From assembly GCA_021789975.1 (NCBI GenBank), contig JAJYIT010000009.1:14557-78556 (forward strand): 64,000 bases of DNA, read 5' to 3'. The first letter of the stretch is position 1; every line of letters starts with the position of its first letter. A program made the position numbers and the translations under genes. A model generated the notes under the pieces. That model was not told where the DNA came from. It was given only the letters and a program-made list of their open reading frames with translations, and searched no databases. This stretch comes from Bacteroidota bacterium. Lineage in GTDB: Bacteria > Bacteroidota > Ignavibacteria > Kryptoniales > JAKASW01. Below are positions 60,025-64,000 of the stretch, piece after piece.

Positions 60025-61908
60025 ATGACTGAGTATCGTTTTCGCAGCTCACTAATTATCTGGTTAATTCTTCTTGTGTCAGCCAAAGCTTTCTGTATGC
60101 AGGCACCATTTCCTAAGCCGCTGCATTGCGACGTGTTGGTTGTCGGAGGAGGCACTGGTGGCACAGCCGCCGGGATAGAGAGCGCGAGGCTGGGAGCTAA
60201 AACCATTATTGTCGATTCAACTCCTTGGTTGGGCGGGATGCTCACAGCGGCCGGCGTGAGTGCGACTGACGGCAATAACAAACTACCGTCCGGTATCTGG
60301 CAGGAATTTAGGCAAGCAATATGGAAACGCTATGGTGGACCCCATGCCGTATCAACAGGATGGGTTAGCAACACTTCTTTCCAACCGTATGTCGCTGATA
60401 GCATCTTCAAATCCATGGCGGCCAAGGAGAAGAAACTCCAGGTAATCTACGATTATTGGTTCCTCCACGTGCTAAGAGTGGGAAACAAGGTGGTGGGAGC
60501 CGTATTCACAGACAGTAAGAAATCATCATTGACCGTGTATGCCAAGGTAGTCATTGACGCCACGGAGTTGGGGGATGTATTTGCGAATGCCGGAGCAGCC
60601 TATGATGTCGGCATGGAGTCCAGATCTCGTACCGGCGAACCATGGGCACTCGACTCGGCCAACGATATTATCCAGGATATCACATGGGTGGCAACTTTGA
60701 AAGATTATGGCCCCGATGCCAACATGACAATACCCAGGCCTGCGACTTACGATCCCGCCATGTTTTTCTGCTCATGCAAATGTAAGGAATGTCCGAACGC
60801 GAAATGGACACCCCAACAAATGCTTGACTACGGCAGATTGCCCGATGGTGAGTACATGATCAATTGGCCTATCCATGGCAACGACATCTACTTGAATGCT
60901 ATTGAAATGGATCATGAACAGCGCGAACTGGCCTACAGGGGTGCAAAGGAAAAGACGCTGTGTTTTGTCTATTACATACAACATGCACTCGGCTATAAGA
61001 ACCTGGGGTTGGCCAACGACGAGTATCCTACCGAGGATAAGCTCCCTTTCATACCTTACAATCGGGAAGGAAGGAGAGTAAGAGGGATAGTCCGATTTAC
61101 GATCAACGATATATTGCATCCCTATTCGCAGGAACTTTATCGCACGGCGATTTCAGTTGGAGATTATCCGATCGATCTTCACGTCACTGAAAATCCTAGA
61201 GCACCTAGAAGAATGTTCCCCTATATTCCGTCTTTTGGAGTTCCGCTTGGATGTCTGATTCCTGAGGAAGTAAACGGCCTCATAGTAGCTGACAAGGGGA
61301 TCTCTGTTTCGAACATCGCAAACGGTGCCACGAGGGTGACGACATGCATCATGCTAACGGGGCAAGCATCTGGCGTGTTAGCCTGGTATTGTGCGTACCA
61401 TCATGTTGAACCGAGAGATGTAAACATACGCGATATTCAAGAAGTCCTTCTGGACAGCCATGCTTACTTGCTCCCATATATCGACGTACCACCGGGTGAT
61501 CCTGATTTCAAAGCCATTCAGAGGATCGGTGTTACGGGGATCATCAAGGGAGTAGGAGTCCCCTATACAGGTGCTAATCAGACCTGGTTTTATCCTGGCT
61601 GGCCCATAAGTCAGTATCAGTTTGTTCAGGGTCTTAAGGAGTACTACCCGGCGCTGGATGATTTTGACTATGCGAGCGGCGAAAGATTAACCATCGATGC
61701 ACTGCTGAAGATTTTTGCCCTCACGGGCAAGAAAATCCCGTTGTCACAAGTGAGCCACGATTGGGAAAGGTTCCGCTTTGGAAAACCACTCAGCGGCAGT
61801 TTGAGGCTTAACCGGAGAATGGTTGCAGTGCTTGTTGACTATTATTTGCACCCCTTTGATCGACCTGTAAACTTCCTTGGAAAACTGAAACCTGCGGATA
61901 GCAAATAG
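60025..61908 (+). CDS. Secreted FAD-dependent oxidoreductase (PF12831-like)
   Basis: Signal peptide SLIIWLILLVSAKAF, then the dinucleotide-binding motif CDVLVVGGGTGGTAAGIESARLGAKTIIVD..WLGGMLT. ATG 60025 was chosen; the track ORF starts at 59899. Confidence 0.65.
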   Translation: MTEYRFRSSLIIWLILLVSAKAFCMQAPFPKPLHCDVLVVGGGTGGTAAGIESARLGAKTIIVDSTPWLGGMLTAAGVSATDGNNKLPSGIWQEFRQAIWKRYGGPHAVSTGWVSNTSFQPYVADSIFKSMAAKEKKLQVIYDYWFLHVLRVGNKVVGAVFTDSKKSSLTVYAKVVIDATELGDVFANAGAAYDVGMESRSRTGEPWALDSANDIIQDITWVATLKDYGPDANMTIPRPATYDPAMFFCSCKCKECPNAKWTPQQMLDYGRLPDGEYMINWPIHGNDIYLNAIEMDHEQRELAYRGAKEKTLCFVYYIQHALGYKNLGLANDEYPTEDKLPFIPYNREGRRVRGIVRFTINDILHPYSQELYRTAISVGDYPIDLHVTENPRAPRRMFPYIPSFGVPLGCLIPEEVNGLIVADKGISVSNIANGATRVTTCIMLTGQASGVLAWYCAYHHVEPRDVNIRDIQEVLLDSHAYLLPYIDVPPGDPDFKAIQRIGVTGIIKGVGVPYTGANQTWFYPGWPISQYQFVQGLKEYYPALDDFDYASGERLTIDALLKIFALTGKKIPLSQVSHDWERFRFGKPLSGSLRLNRRMVAVLVDYYLHPFDRPVNFLGKLKPADSK

Positions 61909-61999
61909 CGATGAAAGTAGTTGGTAGTAAATCTCGAAGATATTCCGAAAATAGTCCAATTGAAAAAATCGGGAATAACCGGAAGAGGATAAAATATCC

Positions 62000-64000
62000 A
62001 TGAAGATACGATTTCTTTTCAGCAGCTTAATTCTTCTCTTAGTATTTCTTAGTGTGACTGCATATTCACAAGGTGAGAGGACCAATTTAAATCTTTGTTG
62101 TGATAAGAATAGTGACTTGTATGTACTTCTTCGCAAGAACGGCATACGCATGAATGTTTACAGCACTCCGCGGCAAGCGATTATACACGCGCCGAAAGGA
62201 ACCGGGGTGCTGATTCTTGCCAATGCCTATCCTGAACGGAAGACATCGATCGATAGTCGGCTGTTGGAGGTCGCTAAAGAGAAGAAACTGAGAGTGTATA
62301 TAGAATATCCGGCACCGATACCGGGCATTGATATCCCGGATACCGTTATTGCAACAAGGCTGGAACGAGGAGTGGTGGTATCCAATGTATTCGGAGAAGC
62401 CCTTAAGGCGAAGAGCATTTTAGGGATCAGCGATTGTCATGTGATACCTGTGAAGGTTGATAGTCCCATGATCGTCCTGGGTCGAGTTGCCGGCTTCGAC
62501 AGGGCTGTATATGGAATTAGCGGCGTGAAGACTTATCCGCTTTTGTTTCGAGATCACAATATGTTGGTGGCAATGACGCGGCTGAGTAGTTTTGCAACGG
62601 GGCGATATGAGCCGTCTGCGTCGTGGAAAATCGTTTGGCAGTACGTCCTGTTATGGGTGTCAGGAAAAAAGGTCTTTGAGCTGCGACACTGGTTTTCATA
62701 CGTCTCTCCGATGTACGGAAAGAACCAGCCTCTTCCTGCCAATGCGGTGCGGACTTCAATTCGGAAAGGCGTGGAGTGGTTCTTCAAGGGACATTTCTTT
62801 GTTGCTCCGAGCTGGGAAAGTGAGTACCTGAAATACCAGGGGAAAGGGACATCTCCTCTTGGGCCGCCGGTCAAGGAATCGTGGCCGAATGGAAACGGCT
62901 CTCTGGGGATTCTCGAAGGACAGACTTCGCATGTTTACTACAATGGTGATCAGCAGTATCGGTACTGGGTCCGCGCGGACAATCAAGGCAAGGTTGCTTA
63001 CGCCCTTGCCGCTGCAGGGAATTTCCTTCACAAAAGAAGCTACTATAAGATCGCATCAAATCTGGCAAACTTCATTTTTTTCCATTCGGACTTAAGGTCA
63101 GGTCCTAAGAACGACAAAAATAGTCCGGCTTTCGGCCTCATCGGGTGGGCAGTCACACATCCCGGAGTCTTTTACGAAGATGACAATGCTCAGCTATTGC
63201 TGGGACTCATCGGTGCCGAGGCTTTTATGAGGACTGACCGATGGGATAAAGAAATTGCAGAAGCCATTATGGCCAACTTCAGAACCACAGGTCGTGAGGG
63301 ATTTCGGGGCCCGTGGGTCAGTCAGGATTCACTCTTGAAGTATGGATGGAAATATTTTTGGGATAAGAATATTATCGATCCGCATCCTCACTATGAGGCA
63401 TGGATGTGGGCATGTTATCTCTGGTTGTACGGAAGAACGGGCTACAAGCCTCTGCTGACAAAAACAGAAGATGCGATCAGGATTACGATGCGGGATTACC
63501 CAGACAAGTGGATCTGGACAAATGGGCTGCAGCAGGAACGGGCGCGAATGATACTTCCGCTTGCGTGGCTTGTGCGTGTCGCTGATACGCCGGAACACAG
63601 GAAGTGGCTCAACGAGGTAGTGACGGACTTGCTGAAGTATCAGGCACCTTGCGGTGCAATCAGGGAAGAATTGGGTGCTGCCGGGAAAGGTTTCTACGGT
63701 CCGCCAAAATCGAACAAGGCATATGGGACAGGTGAGGAGCCTCTCATATTCAACAACGGTGAACCTGTCGCCGATATGTTGTACACCAATAACTTTGCTT
63801 TTCTCAGCTTGAATGAAGCAGCCCATGTCACGAAGAACAAAAGATATATGGAGGCAGTGAGAAATCTCGGCGATTTTCTTGTACGTATCCAGGTCAACAG
63901 CACTCAACACATGGACCTCGACGGTGCCTGGTTTAGAGCTTTCGATTACGGCATCTGGGATTACTGGGCCTCTAATGGCGACTCAGGGTGGGGAGCATGG
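62000..64000 (+). CDS. Secreted hypothetical protein, Trp/aromatic-rich, function unknown (3' end outside the window)
   Basis: I translated ATG 62000 through 64000 by hand and found 667 codons with no stop. The ORF is absent from the supplied track because no stop falls in the window. Signal peptide MKIRFLFSSLILLLVFLSVTAYSQ. All listed ORFs overlapping this span are in other frames or antisense. Confidence 0.7.
   Translation, partial: MKIRFLFSSLILLLVFLSVTAYSQGERTNLNLCCDKNSDLYVLLRKNGIRMNVYSTPRQAIIHAPKGTGVLILANAYPERKTSIDSRLLEVAKEKKLRVYIEYPAPIPGIDIPDTVIATRLERGVVVSNVFGEALKAKSILGISDCHVIPVKVDSPMIVLGRVAGFDRAVYGISGVKTYPLLFRDHNMLVAMTRLSSFATGRYEPSASWKIVWQYVLLWVSGKKVFELRHWFSYVSPMYGKNQPLPANAVRTSIRKGVEWFFKGHFFVAPSWESEYLKYQGKGTSPLGPPVKESWPNGNGSLGILEGQTSHVYYNGDQQYRYWVRADNQGKVAYALAAAGNFLHKRSYYKIASNLANFIFFHSDLRSGPKNDKNSPAFGLIGWAVTHPGVFYEDDNAQLLLGLIGAEAFMRTDRWDKEIAEAIMANFRTTGREGFRGPWVSQDSLLKYGWKYFWDKNIIDPHPHYEAWMWACYLWLYGRTGYKPLLTKTEDAIRITMRDYPDKWIWTNGLQQERARMILPLAWLVRVADTPEHRKWLNEVVTDLLKYQAPCGAIREELGAAGKGFYGPPKSNKAYGTGEEPLIFNNGEPVADMLYTNNFAFLSLNEAAHVTKNKRYMEAVRNLGDFLVRIQVNSTQHMDLDGAWFRAFDYGIWDYWASNGDSGWGAW

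Noticed and set aside
63329-63910. A 193-aa minus-strand ORF near the window end.
   Set aside because: It is antisense to the 667-codon open frame that starts at 62000 with a signal peptide. That plus-strand frame is far longer and protein-like.

Overview
Bacterial chromosomal window with about 40 protein-coding genes on both strands. I recognised no rRNA, tRNA, CRISPR array, transposase or integrase. Six proteins end in a T9SS (Por) C-terminal sorting domain and a bshA-like gene is present, which suggests an FCB-group organism (Ignavibacteria/Chlorobi/Bacteroidota-like). This taxonomic call is inference only.

Layout:
- 1-33 kb: ordinary core genes. These are an Omp85-family fragment, eno, a PAP2 phosphatase, rsmA, AsmA-like, tmk, an S41 protease, citrate synthase, HIT, icd, NUDIX, a pseudouridine synthase, a four-gene beta-oxidation operon, GNAT, a hybrid histidine kinase, split ADP-heptose genes coupled to a TamB-like gene, and bshA.
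- 33.5-42.5 kb: a sugar or amino-sugar locus. It holds a secreted GH36-like enzyme, an AGE-family epimerase, an SSS symporter and a ROK regulator. Two of its genes look decayed: a frameshifted nagA relic and a CBM9-like gene with an in-frame stop.
- 42.5-58.2 kb: the most unusual part. This is a same-strand array of three GHL10/DUF187-like TIM-barrel proteins alternating with three RCC1 beta-propeller proteins. All six have signal peptides and T9SS sorting domains. One propeller gene has a 1431-bp in-frame tandem duplication.
- 58.2-64 kb: co-directional secreted enzymes. These are a PLC/AcpA-type phosphoesterase, a PF12831-like FAD oxidoreductase, and a large Trp-rich secreted protein of unknown function. 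The last ORF runs off the window and is missing from the supplied ORF track.

All family assignments come from motif recognition by eye. No database search was run.
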